DNA of 64,000 nt from NCBI GenBank assembly GCA_965219685.1, contig CBDCOH010000002.1, forward strand, positions 3,936,001 to 4,000,000, in the 5' to 3' direction. Below the pieces are notes generated by a model. The model made no database searches and was not told the DNA's origin. It saw nothing but the letters and a program-made list of their open reading frames with translations. Position numbers and translations under genes: made by a program. Every line of letters begins with the position of its first letter. Within the stretch, counting starts at the first letter, position 1. Source of the stretch: Candidatus Spongiisociaceae bacterium (GTDB taxonomy: Bacteria > Actinomycetota > Acidimicrobiia > Spongiisociales > Spongiisociaceae). Positions 50,709 through 61,018 of this stretch are shown piece by piece.

Positions 50709-50995
50709 TCAGCTCCTGGCAGGAAACGGCCCCCGAAGCTGTCCAAGGCCCTGTGCCCGACCCGCTCACTCAATACGTTGACCGCTCCGGGGTGCTTCGC
50801 TCCCAGATAATCCACTGCGTCGAGAACCTCTACGCCTATGGCCCAACTGCCGCTGTCCACGTCGATGGCGACGACTTCCCCGCGGTGGTCCGCCTCCACC
50901 TGCGGGCGGATGTCCCGTTCGTAGATCTCCTTGCCCAAGCGGGCTGTCTCTTCGCTGGGGTGGCGGGACGGCACCGTCGTCTCCGGTTCCCGCAA
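50705..50995 (-). CDS. Small DUF5678-like protein coupled to the protease
   Basis: GKEIYERDIRPQVE.DH.G.VVAIDVDSG.W; GTGA overlap. Confidence 0.8.
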   Translation of the reverse strand: MREPETTVPSRHPSEETARLGKEIYERDIRPQVEADHRGEVVAIDVDSGSWAIGVEVLDAVDYLGAKHPGAVNVLSERVGHRALDSFGGRFLPGAE

Positions 50996-51009
50996 GGCTT
51001 CCTCCTTCT

Positions 51010-51603
51010 ACTGGGGCGGGGTATCTACGACGTGGCCGAGGTAGCCCGGATAGTCCGGAGGCACCCCGACACGGTCGCGCGTTGGACGCGGGGCACCGAT
51101 CCCCTGCACATGTGGAGAGTGACCGGATCATCTTCTTCCTCGACCTGATCAGCCTTTGGGTGATATCCGAGTTGATCAGGCGTGGCGTTCCGCGACCGGA
51201 GATCAGGGCAGGAGGGGAGTACGTGGCCGAGAACCTCGGTACGAGATACCCGTTCGCCCACCAGGATATGGCCACTGTGGGCGCCGGTTTCTTCGGCAGG
51301 TTCAAGGAATGGGTCGACGTGGGCAAGGGTGGTCAGGGGTCCTTCCCGGCGGTGATCGAAGAGTTGCTAAGTCCGATCGAATTCGGTCCCGACCTTCACG
51401 CATCCATCTGGCGGCCGGCGAAGGGCGTGTGGCTCAACCCCGAAGTCCAAGCAGGCGCACCGTGCCTTGATGGAACCCGGGTCCCCACAAGCGCGATAGC
51501 TGACCTCCAAGCCGCGGGCGACCACGTCGAGGACATCGCGGACGATCTGACCCTGAATATGGCACAGGTCCGCGCTGCCCTGCAGTATGAACTCGCTGCC
51601 TGA
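51010..51603 (+). pseudogene. HTH + DUF433 antitoxin, frameshifted and 5'-truncated
   Basis: GIYDVAEVARIV..HPDTV.RW | F.DLISL...NPEVQAGAPCLDGTRVP; shift near 51108. Confidence 0.75.
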
Positions 51604-52116
51604 AGGTCGAAGGCAACGCCGTAGACCTCCCGATCTCGTCTCCTATTCGATGAGAACCTTCCGTGGCGAGTAGCCAGCGCTCTGCGGGAACTCGGCTACA
51701 ACGTGAGTTATGTAGGGAATGAGCAAGACGGGACTCCTCCGCGGGGCTCCTCCGACCAGACGATCATCGACCAGGCCCGAACCACCAACCAGATAGTGGT
51801 CACGTCGAATCACGACATGATCCTGCTCTGCCTCGAACAACCGCAGCCGGTGATCTGGTTGGATCCGCACGGGCGCAAGATCACTCGGGATGAGATGGTC
51901 ATACTTGTGTTCCAAGCGGCACATATATGGGAAGAGATGTTGCAGAGCGCGATCGGACCGGTATGCATCCGGACCCTACGAACCAAGAACGAGAGATTGT
52001 CGGTCGAGCGCGCTGTCCACCTGGTGCGACAGCGTATGAGGCGGATTGCAGCTAGGAAGCGACGGGGACCAAAGCCCAAGCCACTCGGACCGCTGTTCGA
52101 CTCCACCTCCGGATGA
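51587..52116 (+). pseudogene. DUF5615/PIN-like toxin, frameshift near 5' end
   Basis: LLFDENLP...SDQTII...VVTSNHD; ATG 51587 out of frame by one base near 51636. Confidence 0.7.
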
Positions 52117-52232
52117 TCACCTGCGTATGGCGGGTAGGCCATGCCCTCTGTTCGGCGCTGGATGTGCGATCAATGTAAGCTTCGCGGCCCTAGATCTTGA
52201 ACTCGGTACGTGTCGGAACAGGAGACCACAGC

Positions 52233-53963
52233 ATGGTCTCACGACTGGGATCAGTCCCGGAATCTCCGGGAGAAGGCAGTCCCGAGGAGGACACGCCCCT
52301 TCCGCGCGAGGCGGTTCATACGGAGATCGAGGCGAAGTTCCTGATCGAAGACACCCCACACGTCACAGATCTGATCGACTCTCTCGGCTCGTATGACGTG
52401 GAGTCGGCCTGGGCCGCCGACATCGTGGATGACTACTGGGACACTCCCGGCTGGCATCTCTACAGGGCGGGGTGGACGTACCGGTGGCGGGACCGCTCGG
52501 GGGACAAGATCATGACCCTGAAGTCCCGCGAGCTACGGGACGGGTTGGTGCAGAAGCGCCGGGAGGTCGAACGGCGGGTCCCGGCGTTTCCGCAGGACGG
52601 CAGCCACCCTCTGGTTGCCGAGCACGTCGCCGACCGGTCCGGCGGTCTCGGCTCGGGGGACTTGCGGGAGCTCTTCCGCGTGCAGACGCACCGTCGCCTC
52701 TTCGACATCCGGCTGGCCGATGGTGCCCTGGTGGAACTGGGGATCGATCGGACGACCATCACCACCGACGGGCCGGTCAAGAAGCTGGCGCCGGGCCGCA
52801 TGACGTTCGTGGAGCTGGAGATAGAGCTGAAGGAGGGCCACGAGGAGTCGCTGCGGCAACTGGCCGCGGAGCTACAGCAACGATTCGGCCTCCTGACCGC
52901 CCGTCTCAGCAAGTTCGAACGGGGATTGCAGACCACGGGTCTGTCGCCCCCGCGGGCTTCCCGGACGGTGTTGCCGGCGAGCACCCCGTTCGCGCGGATG
53001 TTGCGGGAACGGGCGCCGGCGCCGGCCGATCCGGCCATCCACCTGGCGTACGGCCGCTTGTTCGAGCAGTTCGAGGAGATGATCATCCAGGAGCCCAGAG
53101 CCTGGGAGGGCCTCGACCCCGAGGGGGTGCACAAGATGCGGGTGGCAACTCGGCGCCTCCGTTCCGCATTGCGAGCCTTCAAGAAGGTGCTGCCCGCCTC
53201 GATCCGTTCCTTCAACGGCGAGTTCAAGTGGCTCGCGGCCGCTCTCGGTGGGGTGCGGGATCTCGACGTCGCCATGGGGAATCTCCCGCACTTCCTGTCC
53301 GGGATCCCGCCGAAGGACGCTGCGCACTTGAACGCCTACCAGCAGTATCTGGCCGATCGGTGGCAGGAGGAGCGGAGACGCCTGCTGGCCTGCCTGACCT
53401 CCCGGCGATACGGGCGGCTGAAGGCGGGATTCGCCGGATCGCTTGAAAGGGGTCCTTCCGCGCGCACCATGGAGACGTTGGGTTCGATCACGATCGGCGA
53501 CGCCGCCCAGCTGCTGATAGGCAAGCGCTACCGGGTTGTGCTGCGCCGTGGCCGCGGCATCACATCCGTGTCCGGCGATGAGTCGCTCCATGCCCTGAGG
53601 ATCCAGTGCAAGCGGCTGCGTTACCTCCTCGAGTTCTTCCGGCCGACCTATGGCGGGTTGCTCAAAGCGGACATCACGCGGCTGAAGAAACTCCAGGACG
53701 TGCTGGGCGACTTCCAGGACGCGTGCGTTGCCGGCCAGTTTCTCCGCCACTACGCCGAAGGCCTACCCATGCGCACCAGCAACCGGGGCCAGCTCCTCGC
53801 ATTGGGCCAGTTGATCGGCAGCCAGGACCACCGGGCTGCGAGGTGCCGGGCCGACTTCGCACTGGCGTGGGAGCGTTTCGATTCCACCGGTGCCCCGACC
53901 GTAGTCCTCACTCGCTTGGCAGACAGTCGGGAGGGGGTCACCCACGAAACTCACCCGAGGTAA
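52233..53963 (+). CDS. CYTH + CHAD domain protein (polyphosphate-binding/phosphatase)
   Basis: EIEAKF, ELEIELK; VHKMRVATRRLRS, LG.VRDLDV, LH.LRI.CK.LRY, LQDVLG.FQD; start uncertain. Confidence 0.92.
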   Translation: MVSRLGSVPESPGEGSPEEDTPLPREAVHTEIEAKFLIEDTPHVTDLIDSLGSYDVESAWAADIVDDYWDTPGWHLYRAGWTYRWRDRSGDKIMTLKSRELRDGLVQKRREVERRVPAFPQDGSHPLVAEHVADRSGGLGSGDLRELFRVQTHRRLFDIRLADGALVELGIDRTTITTDGPVKKLAPGRMTFVELEIELKEGHEESLRQLAAELQQRFGLLTARLSKFERGLQTTGLSPPRASRTVLPASTPFARMLRERAPAPADPAIHLAYGRLFEQFEEMIIQEPRAWEGLDPEGVHKMRVATRRLRSALRAFKKVLPASIRSFNGEFKWLAAALGGVRDLDVAMGNLPHFLSGIPPKDAAHLNAYQQYLADRWQEERRRLLACLTSRRYGRLKAGFAGSLERGPSARTMETLGSITIGDAAQLLIGKRYRVVLRRGRGITSVSGDESLHALRIQCKRLRYLLEFFRPTYGGLLKADITRLKKLQDVLGDFQDACVAGQFLRHYAEGLPMRTSNRGQLLALGQLIGSQDHRAARCRADFALAWERFDSTGAPTVVLTRLADSREGVTHETHPR

Positions 53964-54952
53964 CTTCCGCGCTCCGCCTGGCGCTTGCCCGGGACAGGAC
54001 GCGGGCCGCTTCATGTACTTGGCCGTCGCATATGCATGATCGGTCAGGGTAAGACGATCCGGGACCCGGATCGGTAGGTATGTTGGGCGACGACCCCAAC
54101 GCTTACCATCCGATCGGGCCTGCGAGCCGGTTGGTCTCCATCGGAGGCCGCTATGAAGGCGATCACGCCTTTGCCGTCGTGTCGCCGATGGCGGACCCGG
54201 GGACCCAGGCTTTGTCTCGATGACGGTCCCGATGTCCTTGACAGGCTCTGCACGCCTTACGACCGGGTGGGGGCAGGCGAATCCACACCTGGAAGATCCC
54301 TCGGCGCTCGGTGGCTCCCGGCCTCGTTATATGGTTCCTCTGCGCGCTAGGGGCCACCGATAGGTATTACCCAAAGGCGGTCATCCATCCCTGACGGGAC
54401 CGTCCGGCGTGCAGGGCCGCTCCGGCATGGAAAGAGGCGTCTAGCAGGCATGCCCGAAGGAAACTATGCGATTCGCGCTACTTGAACTATGTGATTCGCG
54501 CCGCCGGGCACCATGAGATCCGCCTCCTCGCGTCAGCCGAAGGACCAAACCGGCCATGACAGGTAGCAGCGGCCGGTTCCCGGTTTCAGGTGGAGTTCGG
54601 CCCAATCCGCCAGCGCCTCTCCGAACTCGCGGATGGCCACTTCCGCAGTAGACACAGAAGCCCAAGCGCAGCGGCAGGCAGGGACCGCGGCGAAGTAGGC
54701 GGCAGGATCGCAGTCTCCACTTCGACCGTGCGCGATCGCTCTCCGGCCCTTCGAGCCTTCTTGTTACTACCAGAGTCGCTAGTTTGTATTACTGTATAGT
54801 TATGAACTATCGGTAAAGTAGCAGAACAGCCATGGTGAAGGTATGAAGGGTAAGTGGCTCGGAAGACGTGATCTGACGGCCGGACCGTGGGGAGGTCCGA
54901 ACCGGCGTTGGCGCGCAAGCGTCGCTGCCGTCGCGACGAAGGAGGGTGCGGC

Positions 54953-55378
54953 ATGACAGAGGTTCGGGTGGGAGAAGACATGCTGCGAAGGGCTCACGCG
55001 GTCCTGACCCGTGCGTACACGGAGATGTACGAACTCCTCAATGAGATAGTCCCGCCCTCGACAATGCCCGTCCCGGCGGATCGGGACATGCCGGCACGTT
55101 CACTATCGCAGGAGACCATTACCGCGTTCACGGTGGTCAAATCGGCATACGATGCCGTTGAGAACGCCCAACTGCAACTGTCGCGTCTGCGCCATGAAAG
55201 ACCACCGAACGGGAACGAACGAGGGAGACGCGCCAACCGGCTACTCACCCTCCTGGGTTCTCGACCGGCGATAACTCGCAACGAGGTGAAAGACCTCCTC
55301 GAATGGGACGACAGTGCCGTGGACGAGGCTATCCACGACTTGGCGGAGTTGCGCAGCGAGCCCGCGGCCACCCTATGA
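54953..55378 (+). CDS. Hypothetical protein with possible C-terminal wHTH
   Basis: GGAGGG RBS; LL.LLGSRPAITRNEVKDLLEWDDSAVDEAIHDL. Confidence 0.55.
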   Translation: MTEVRVGEDMLRRAHAVLTRAYTEMYELLNEIVPPSTMPVPADRDMPARSLSQETITAFTVVKSAYDAVENAQLQLSRLRHERPPNGNERGRRANRLLTLLGSRPAITRNEVKDLLEWDDSAVDEAIHDLAELRSEPAATL

Positions 55379-55614
55379 TCACCGAGATCCCCGCGCACGT
55401 AGTCTGGGCCCTATGGATCACGGCCGGAGGCACGGTGGCGGACGTGGTGATTCGGTTGATAGGGCATCGGAGCAAGGCCGCCTTGAACTATGCCCAGGCG
55501 AGGCAAGCATCCTCGCAGGCGGCTTTGAACCAGGAGCAAGCCAAGCTGTTGGGTCAACAAGTCAGTTCAGCAATCGCTGCAGAGCTACGCGAAAAGACCC
55601 AGGACCAGCGTTAA
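55375..55614 (+). CDS. Small single-TM + coiled-coil protein
   Basis: ATGA overlap; N-terminal hydrophobic helix then Q/A-rich helix. Confidence 0.55.
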   Translation: MITEIPAHVVWALWITAGGTVADVVIRLIGHRSKAALNYAQARQASSQAALNQEQAKLLGQQVSSAIAAELREKTQDQR

Positions 55615-55806
55615 CCCTGGCTGTTCGTGCCCTTAATCCACAGCTATCACCGCGACACCTCCTAACAGTCATGACCCGTCCCGTCCGCCACCATCAATCA
55701 CCGGGCCCCAGGGCCGGGGAAAGAATCAGTCACTGGCGGAGGAGCCGGCTTTCCTTCATCACTGTGGCCGTATCCGGCCTATCCGCGCACCTCTAGCCTG
55801 GATGCA

Positions 55807-56457
55807 ATGAAGGCAGACAGCTTGAGCGATCGGGTTGTCCCGTATCGGGTACCGGCCTCGTCCGGTCATCATGGTGTGCTTGTGTGGGAGTGGCCCGAGG
55901 CCGTGGATGGGCTGTCCTCGGCACCGGTGGGGGGTGGTCTCGTCCGGGCTGGGTGGGCGCTCAACATCGGTGTGGATTCGGACTACGGCCGCACCGACCT
56001 GTCCAACCACGTCCGGGAGGTCGTGGGGGAACTCGGCCTGCGCGGCGAGGGGGTCGGGATGTTCACCGCGGTTGACCTGAGCCGCGTGACCACTGCCTGC
56101 TGCGAGGGTGTGTCGGTTGACGCCACCGTGGGTATCAGCCATCCGACCTGGGCCGCCGATCCGGCTGCCGGGGACCCGGCCGGCGCCGCCGGGACGATCA
56201 ACGTGGTCGTGCAGGTGCCGGTGGCCCTCGATCCTGGAGCGGCGGTCAACGCCGTCATGACAGCTACCGAAGCCAAGGTCCAGGCTCTGGGAGATCGCCG
56301 TGTTGCGGGCACCGGCACGGCTACCGACGCACTGTTGGTGGTGTGGCCCAGGCGGGGTGCATCCGAGCGGTTCGCTGGCCCCCGGTCGAGATGGGGATCG
56401 AGGATCGGCCGGGCGGTGTATGAAGCGGTCTGGGCAGGGGCCGGCCCCCGGGACTGA
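55807..56457 (+). CDS. cbiZ: Adenosylcobinamide amidohydrolase
   Basis: SSAPVGGG, GMFTAV, ATVG, GTIN, TATEAK, GTGTATDA, GPRS.WG. Confidence 0.9.
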   Translation: MKADSLSDRVVPYRVPASSGHHGVLVWEWPEAVDGLSSAPVGGGLVRAGWALNIGVDSDYGRTDLSNHVREVVGELGLRGEGVGMFTAVDLSRVTTACCEGVSVDATVGISHPTWAADPAAGDPAGAAGTINVVVQVPVALDPGAAVNAVMTATEAKVQALGDRRVAGTGTATDALLVVWPRRGASERFAGPRSRWGSRIGRAVYEAVWAGAGPRD

Positions 56458-56644
56458 CGATGGCCGGCAGGCCGGCCAGGGCGAATCCTGTTCTTCCCGG
56501 TTCCTTAGGCGGGCCTTCACCCGCCGGGAAGCGCAGTCGTTCGGTACCGCGGGTCGCGTGGTTGGTCGGTGTGGCGGGGGTGCGATGCGGCGTCGATACT
56601 GGTCCGGAGCACGCCGCCCCCAGCGCAGAGCGTCCACGATCGAA

Positions 56645-57112
56645 CTAGCGAGGCTCCGTCCGTGGCGCCGGAATGAGCCGGACCAGGGGAATCTCCCGCT
56701 CGGTGCGCGCCTGGTACCGGGCATAGCGAGGGGCGCTGGCGATCCGAGCCTCCCAGACAGCCTCCCGCTCGTCACCGGTGAGCGTCCTGGCCTTCGCCGC
56801 GAAGACCCGCTTGCGGTCCTGGACTACCACGTCGGGGTTGGCCCGCAGATTGTGATACCAGGCCGGGTGATGCCGGGCGCCGCCGAAGGACCCCACTACC
56901 ACCATCGATTCGCCGTCGGGCAGGTAGCTGAGGCAGACCGCGTGCGGCTTGCCGGACCGGCGGCCGATGGTGCGCAGGATGATGCACGGCATCCCGTCGG
57001 CGGAGCCGCCGAGCCTGCCGCCGGTCAACCTGTACAGAAGGATGTGCGTGCGCGAGATCGACGGGATGAGCCACTCGGGTGGTGTCCAGTCCCTGAAGCG
57101 TGTGATGCCCAT
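56645..57112 (-). CDS. F420-dependent (deazaflavin) nitroreductase family
   Basis: L.TIGRRSG..., GS.GG..HHPAWYHNL.ANP, YQARTEREIP. Confidence 0.93.
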   Translation of the reverse strand: MGITRFRDWTPPEWLIPSISRTHILLYRLTGGRLGGSADGMPCIILRTIGRRSGKPHAVCLSYLPDGESMVVVGSFGGARHHPAWYHNLRANPDVVVQDRKRVFAAKARTLTGDEREAVWEARIASAPRYARYQARTEREIPLVRLIPAPRTEPR

Positions 57113-57367
57113 CCTCCCGCCTCGTCCCCACCGCGGAGACATGCAGATCCGTCAAGCGTAACCATCGGGAGTCTCGGTCCATGAGCCTGCCCGGACCGGC
57201 CCGCCGGGACCGTGCACCCCTCGCCGTGTGCGGTTGCCGCGCGGTCGCTTCCTCCTGACCCACCGGGCCCTCGTGCCTGTCCCGGCGCCCTCGAACTCGC
57301 GGGGAACGGGGAGCCGGTGTGGCCGGGCGGGTACGATGCAGGCCCGAGCCCGAGAAGGAGAAGGCCG

Positions 57368-58408
57368 TTGCGCAGAGTCCCCACCACGTCCGCCGCGGGC
57401 GCGGAGTTGGTACCGATGTTCAAGGACCACATGGAGTTGTGCGGGGTCGGCCCCGGGCAGACGGTCATGGCCTTCACCAACACCCAGAGCAACCCGGCCT
57501 ACGTCACCGCCCTCATGGGAGCGGTGAAGGTGCTGGGTGGTGACTTCTTCCAGATCGTGGTGGCCGCCGACGACTCCTGGATGAAGTCGCGCACCATCGT
57601 CGAGGCTTGGAAGGGCTGCGACCTGGTGGTGGGGTTCCTGGCCAGCATGGGGTCCCACTGGATCTACTCCGACGCCCACGACGAGGCTCTGGAGGCGGGA
57701 GTCAGGACGTTGATGATCGAGGAGCCCGAGGATCACCTGCGCAGGCTCTTCCCGATTCCCGCCATCCGCGAGCGCGGGGAGGCCAGCGTCAGGTACATGG
57801 GGGAGTCCGACACGATGAGGGTCTGGTCCGAGGCCGGCACCGACCTCACGGTTCGATTCACGGGCCGGCCGCTCGGGTGCCAGTACGGGTACACCGACAA
57901 GCCCGGGCGCTGGGACCACTGGCCGTCGGGGCAGTGCGCGGTGGCGCCGCTGGAGGACTCTGCGGAGGGCACGCTGGTGGTGGACGCCGGGGATGCGCTG
58001 CTGCCGATGGGCAAGTACGTGGAGCAGCCGATCCGCATGGAGATACGGGGAGGAAGCATCGTCTCCATCGACGGCGGCGGCGATTCCCGGCTGCTGAAGG
58101 ACTTCTTCGAGCTTCCCGGGGACGAGCAAGCATACGGCGTTTCGCACATCGGGTGGGGTTACGAGCACCGGGCCAACTGGAACGCCCTGGGACTCCGCTT
58201 CTGGGAAGGCGGGGGAGTGATGGACACCGAGAGCTACTACGGCAACATGCTGATCGCGTTCGGCGCCAACTTCTTCCGCAAGCTGGGCGGGGAGAACCGG
58301 GCCAACTTCCACTTCGACATCCCGACCCGCAACCACTCCGTCTGGGTCGGGGACCGCCAGATCATCGACCGGGGCAGCTTCGTGGTGCCCGGGTTCGAGC
58401 TCGAATAG
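57368..58408 (+). CDS. nicX: NicX-like dioxygenase, copy 2
   Basis: Close paralog of 4510-5562 with the same motifs; TTG start. Confidence 0.75.
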   Translation: MRRVPTTSAAGAELVPMFKDHMELCGVGPGQTVMAFTNTQSNPAYVTALMGAVKVLGGDFFQIVVAADDSWMKSRTIVEAWKGCDLVVGFLASMGSHWIYSDAHDEALEAGVRTLMIEEPEDHLRRLFPIPAIRERGEASVRYMGESDTMRVWSEAGTDLTVRFTGRPLGCQYGYTDKPGRWDHWPSGQCAVAPLEDSAEGTLVVDAGDALLPMGKYVEQPIRMEIRGGSIVSIDGGGDSRLLKDFFELPGDEQAYGVSHIGWGYEHRANWNALGLRFWEGGGVMDTESYYGNMLIAFGANFFRKLGGENRANFHFDIPTRNHSVWVGDRQIIDRGSFVVPGFELE

Positions 58409-58421
58409 CGGGGGGCCGGCC

Positions 58422-59177
58422 ATGCGACTCAAGAACAAGGTAGCGGTGATCACGGGGTCGTCCCGCTCCATCGGGCGGGCCATCGCCCTCGGCTACGGGC
58501 GGGAAGGCGCCAAGGTGGTGGTCAACTACCGGAGCGACGAGGAAGCGGCCAACTCCGCGGTGGCCGAGATCGAGGCGATGGGGTCGGAGGCCTTTGCGGT
58601 TCGAGCCGACACCTCGTCATCCGCGGACGTGAACGGGCTGATCGGCGCGGCTGTGAGTCGCTTCGGGCGGATCGACATCCTGGTGAACAACGCCGCCATC
58701 CTCATCCGGACCCCGTTCCTCGAGATCGAGGAGTCGGAATGGGACCGGATCATCGAGGTGAACCTCAAGGGGTTCTTCCTGTGCTCCCAGGCGGCCGCCC
58801 GCCAGATGGTCCGCCAGGGGGACGGCGGCATCATCATCAACATGTCCTCCGCCAGCGACACCCTGGCCGGCCGGAACCTCGCCCACTACTGCGTGGCCAA
58901 GGGAGGGGTGCGGATGCTCACCCGGCAGTTGGCCTTCGAGTTGGCGCCCCACGGGATCCGGGCCAACGCCATCGCGCCGGGACTCATCGAGACCGACATG
59001 AACCGTTCCGACCTGGCTGTTCCCGAGTTCCGCGAGTACCGGCTCTCCATGATCCCCCTCGGAATCATCGGAGTTCCCGAGGACATCGTGGGCGCGGCCG
59101 TGTTCCTGGCCTCCGAGGAATCCAGGATGGCCACCGGCTCCACCCTCTACCTCGACGCAGGCCAGACCATCGCGTGA
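58422..59177 (+). CDS. SDR family oxidoreductase
   Basis: TGSSRSIG, NNAA, YCVAK, PG.I.TD. Confidence 0.95.
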   Translation: MRLKNKVAVITGSSRSIGRAIALGYGREGAKVVVNYRSDEEAANSAVAEIEAMGSEAFAVRADTSSSADVNGLIGAAVSRFGRIDILVNNAAILIRTPFLEIEESEWDRIIEVNLKGFFLCSQAAARQMVRQGDGGIIINMSSASDTLAGRNLAHYCVAKGGVRMLTRQLAFELAPHGIRANAIAPGLIETDMNRSDLAVPEFREYRLSMIPLGIIGVPEDIVGAAVFLASEESRMATGSTLYLDAGQTIA

Positions 59178-59223
59178 GTGGTGAGTGGTGAGTGGTGAGT
59201 GGTGAGTGGTGAATGGTGAATGG
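59174..59223 (+). repeat. Heptamer array (GTGAGTG/GTGAATG)n, about 7 units
   Basis: First unit supplies the SDR TGA stop. Confidence 0.95.
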
Positions 59224-59339
59224 TTTCCACGGGTCCCCGTTTCCCAGTGCCGAGGTCGGGACTAACGGGATACGACGGGCGTAATACCGCCTAGACAACG
59301 CTTGGAAACCTAGAGTCTGAGCATGCGACGGAGGTATGG

Positions 59340-59996
59340 ATGTCGGATCTCATAGACGGGCTTTCTGAAGGATTGGCGAACGCAGGGGAGACGATTCTCT
59401 CCTTCCTACCGAGGCTGATAGGCGCCCTCGTAATCCTGGTGGTCGGCTGGCTGGTGGCCCGGCTGGTCCACAGGGTGTTCCAACGCGTGTTCAAGGTCGT
59501 GGGCCTCGACACCTTGCTGGAACGGGCGGGACTCTCGGAGCGGCTGCAGGCGGCGGGCTATACGGCTACAGACCTCGCCGCGAGAGCGATCTACTGGATA
59601 GCTCTGCTGGTGGTGTTCCTCCTTACGGCCGAGGCCCTAGACGTCGAGTACCTGAGCGACATCCTGACGGGACTGATCGGATACCTGCCCCTCGTGGTGG
59701 CGGCCCTTGTCATCGTCATCGTGGCGGCGGCGCTGGGTGCGTTCCTGGCCGAGCTGTCCACTCCGTGGTCGCAGGAACGCCACATACGGTGGCTACCGGC
59801 GACGGCGAGATGGGCCGTGATAGCCCTCGGGATGTTCGTCGCTCTCAACACCCTCAACATCGGCGAGGAGATCGTCAACACGCTCTTCATCGCCGTGGTC
59901 GGGACGGCGGGCGCCATCCTGGTGATCGCCTTCGGCGTGGGGGGGATCCCAGCAGCCAGGGAGTGGTGGAGCAGGGTGCTGCCCGACCGCGACTGA
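59340..59996 (+). CDS. TM-helix repeat membrane protein (CmpX/MscS N-terminal-like)
   Basis: FLPRLIGALVILVVGWLVA and YLP.VVAAL repeats; AFGVGG. Confidence 0.8.
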   Translation: MSDLIDGLSEGLANAGETILSFLPRLIGALVILVVGWLVARLVHRVFQRVFKVVGLDTLLERAGLSERLQAAGYTATDLAARAIYWIALLVVFLLTAEALDVEYLSDILTGLIGYLPLVVAALVIVIVAAALGAFLAELSTPWSQERHIRWLPATARWAVIALGMFVALNTLNIGEEIVNTLFIAVVGTAGAILVIAFGVGGIPAAREWWSRVLPDRD

Positions 59997-60138
59997 CCGG
60001 AATGCGGCCGTTCCCCGTGGACCCCCCGGCCGGGGAACGGCAGTCCCTCGCGGTGTCGCTGCCGTTGATGGGTGGTGGGGGGCGAGGGAGCCGCGGTTGG
60101 GTGAGCCGTATGCCGGCGGCCGATGGGTCGGATCGGCT

Positions 60139-60318
60139 CTACTGGTTGAGGACCACCGTGATGATAAGGCCGCCGACGAGGGTGACCCAGCCGACCACCC
60201 AGAGCGTGTGCTGGTTGATCCGGCGCTCCAAGGCTGCCACGGCTCGCTCGATCTTCGATTCGAGGCGCGCTTCTACCGCTGCGTCCTTGGCGTCCACGAG
60301 GGACTCGCTGACTGTCAT
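60139..60318 (-). CDS. 59-aa coiled-coil + C-terminal TM peptide (DUF1640-like), copy 1
   Basis: MTVSESLVDAKDAAVEARLESKIERAVAALERRINQHTLWVVGWVTLVGGLIITVVLNQ. Confidence 0.65.
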   Translation of the reverse strand: MTVSESLVDAKDAAVEARLESKIERAVAALERRINQHTLWVVGWVTLVGGLIITVVLNQ

Positions 60319-60817
60319 CGCCGCACCGCGGAGCTGATCAGCGGAGCAGGGGCGACTCCGACTTTCCAGGTCGATTGGGAAACGAACCTGGCATCGATTG
60401 AGTGTATTACCGCGGTGGGATTCCGACTCGTGGCCGGGCGGTTGCCGCGTCTCATCTCACCATCCCCAAGGTCTGACTTATGCCAATCTAGTCGCTATTC
60501 ACCGTTAGTCAACCATAGGTATGTCCTTCTCAGACGACCCCATTTCTTGATTGGCTCTTGATGACCCCTTTCCAATCCGCGCTTCATCGGAACAGATGGA
60601 GCATGCTCCGGAGGGACGTCCCCGATGGCTACGTGTCACCGGAGCAGGCCGAACAGGTCTACGGCGTCAAAGTGGACCCGGACGGAACCGCCACCCCAGT
60701 CCGCGTCGGGTTGGACCGCGGCTGAACACAGTTTGTCGCGGCTTGGGCCGGCTGGTGGGGGCCGGGGTGTTGTGGTTGGGTGAAGCGGGTGCCGGTGGCG
60801 GATCCGTCGGATCGTTC

Positions 60818-61018
60818 CTACTGGTTGAGGACCACCGTGATGATGAGGCCGCCGACGAGGGTGACCCAGCCGACCACCCATATCGTGTGCTGGTTGATAC
60901 GGTGTTCCATCTCGCCGAAACGCCGCTCGAGGGCTGCCACTGCTCGCTCGATCTTCGATTCGAGGTGTGCTTCTACCGCTGCGTCCTTGGCGTCCACGAG
61001 GGATTCGGTGACTGTCAT
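60818..61018 (-). CDS. 66-aa coiled-coil + C-terminal TM peptide, copy 2
   Basis: Same frame conserved with a 7-aa (one heptad) insertion. Confidence 0.7.
   Translation of the reverse strand: MTVTESLVDAKDAAVEAHLESKIERAVAALERRFGEMEHRINQHTIWVVGWVTLVGGLIITVVLNQ

Noticed and set aside
55620-55806. Cobalamin riboswitch upstream of cbiZ
   Set aside because: Core elements (GGGAA..GGTG..AA.TCC, GCCACTG, B12 box) not recognisable; needs an Rfam scan
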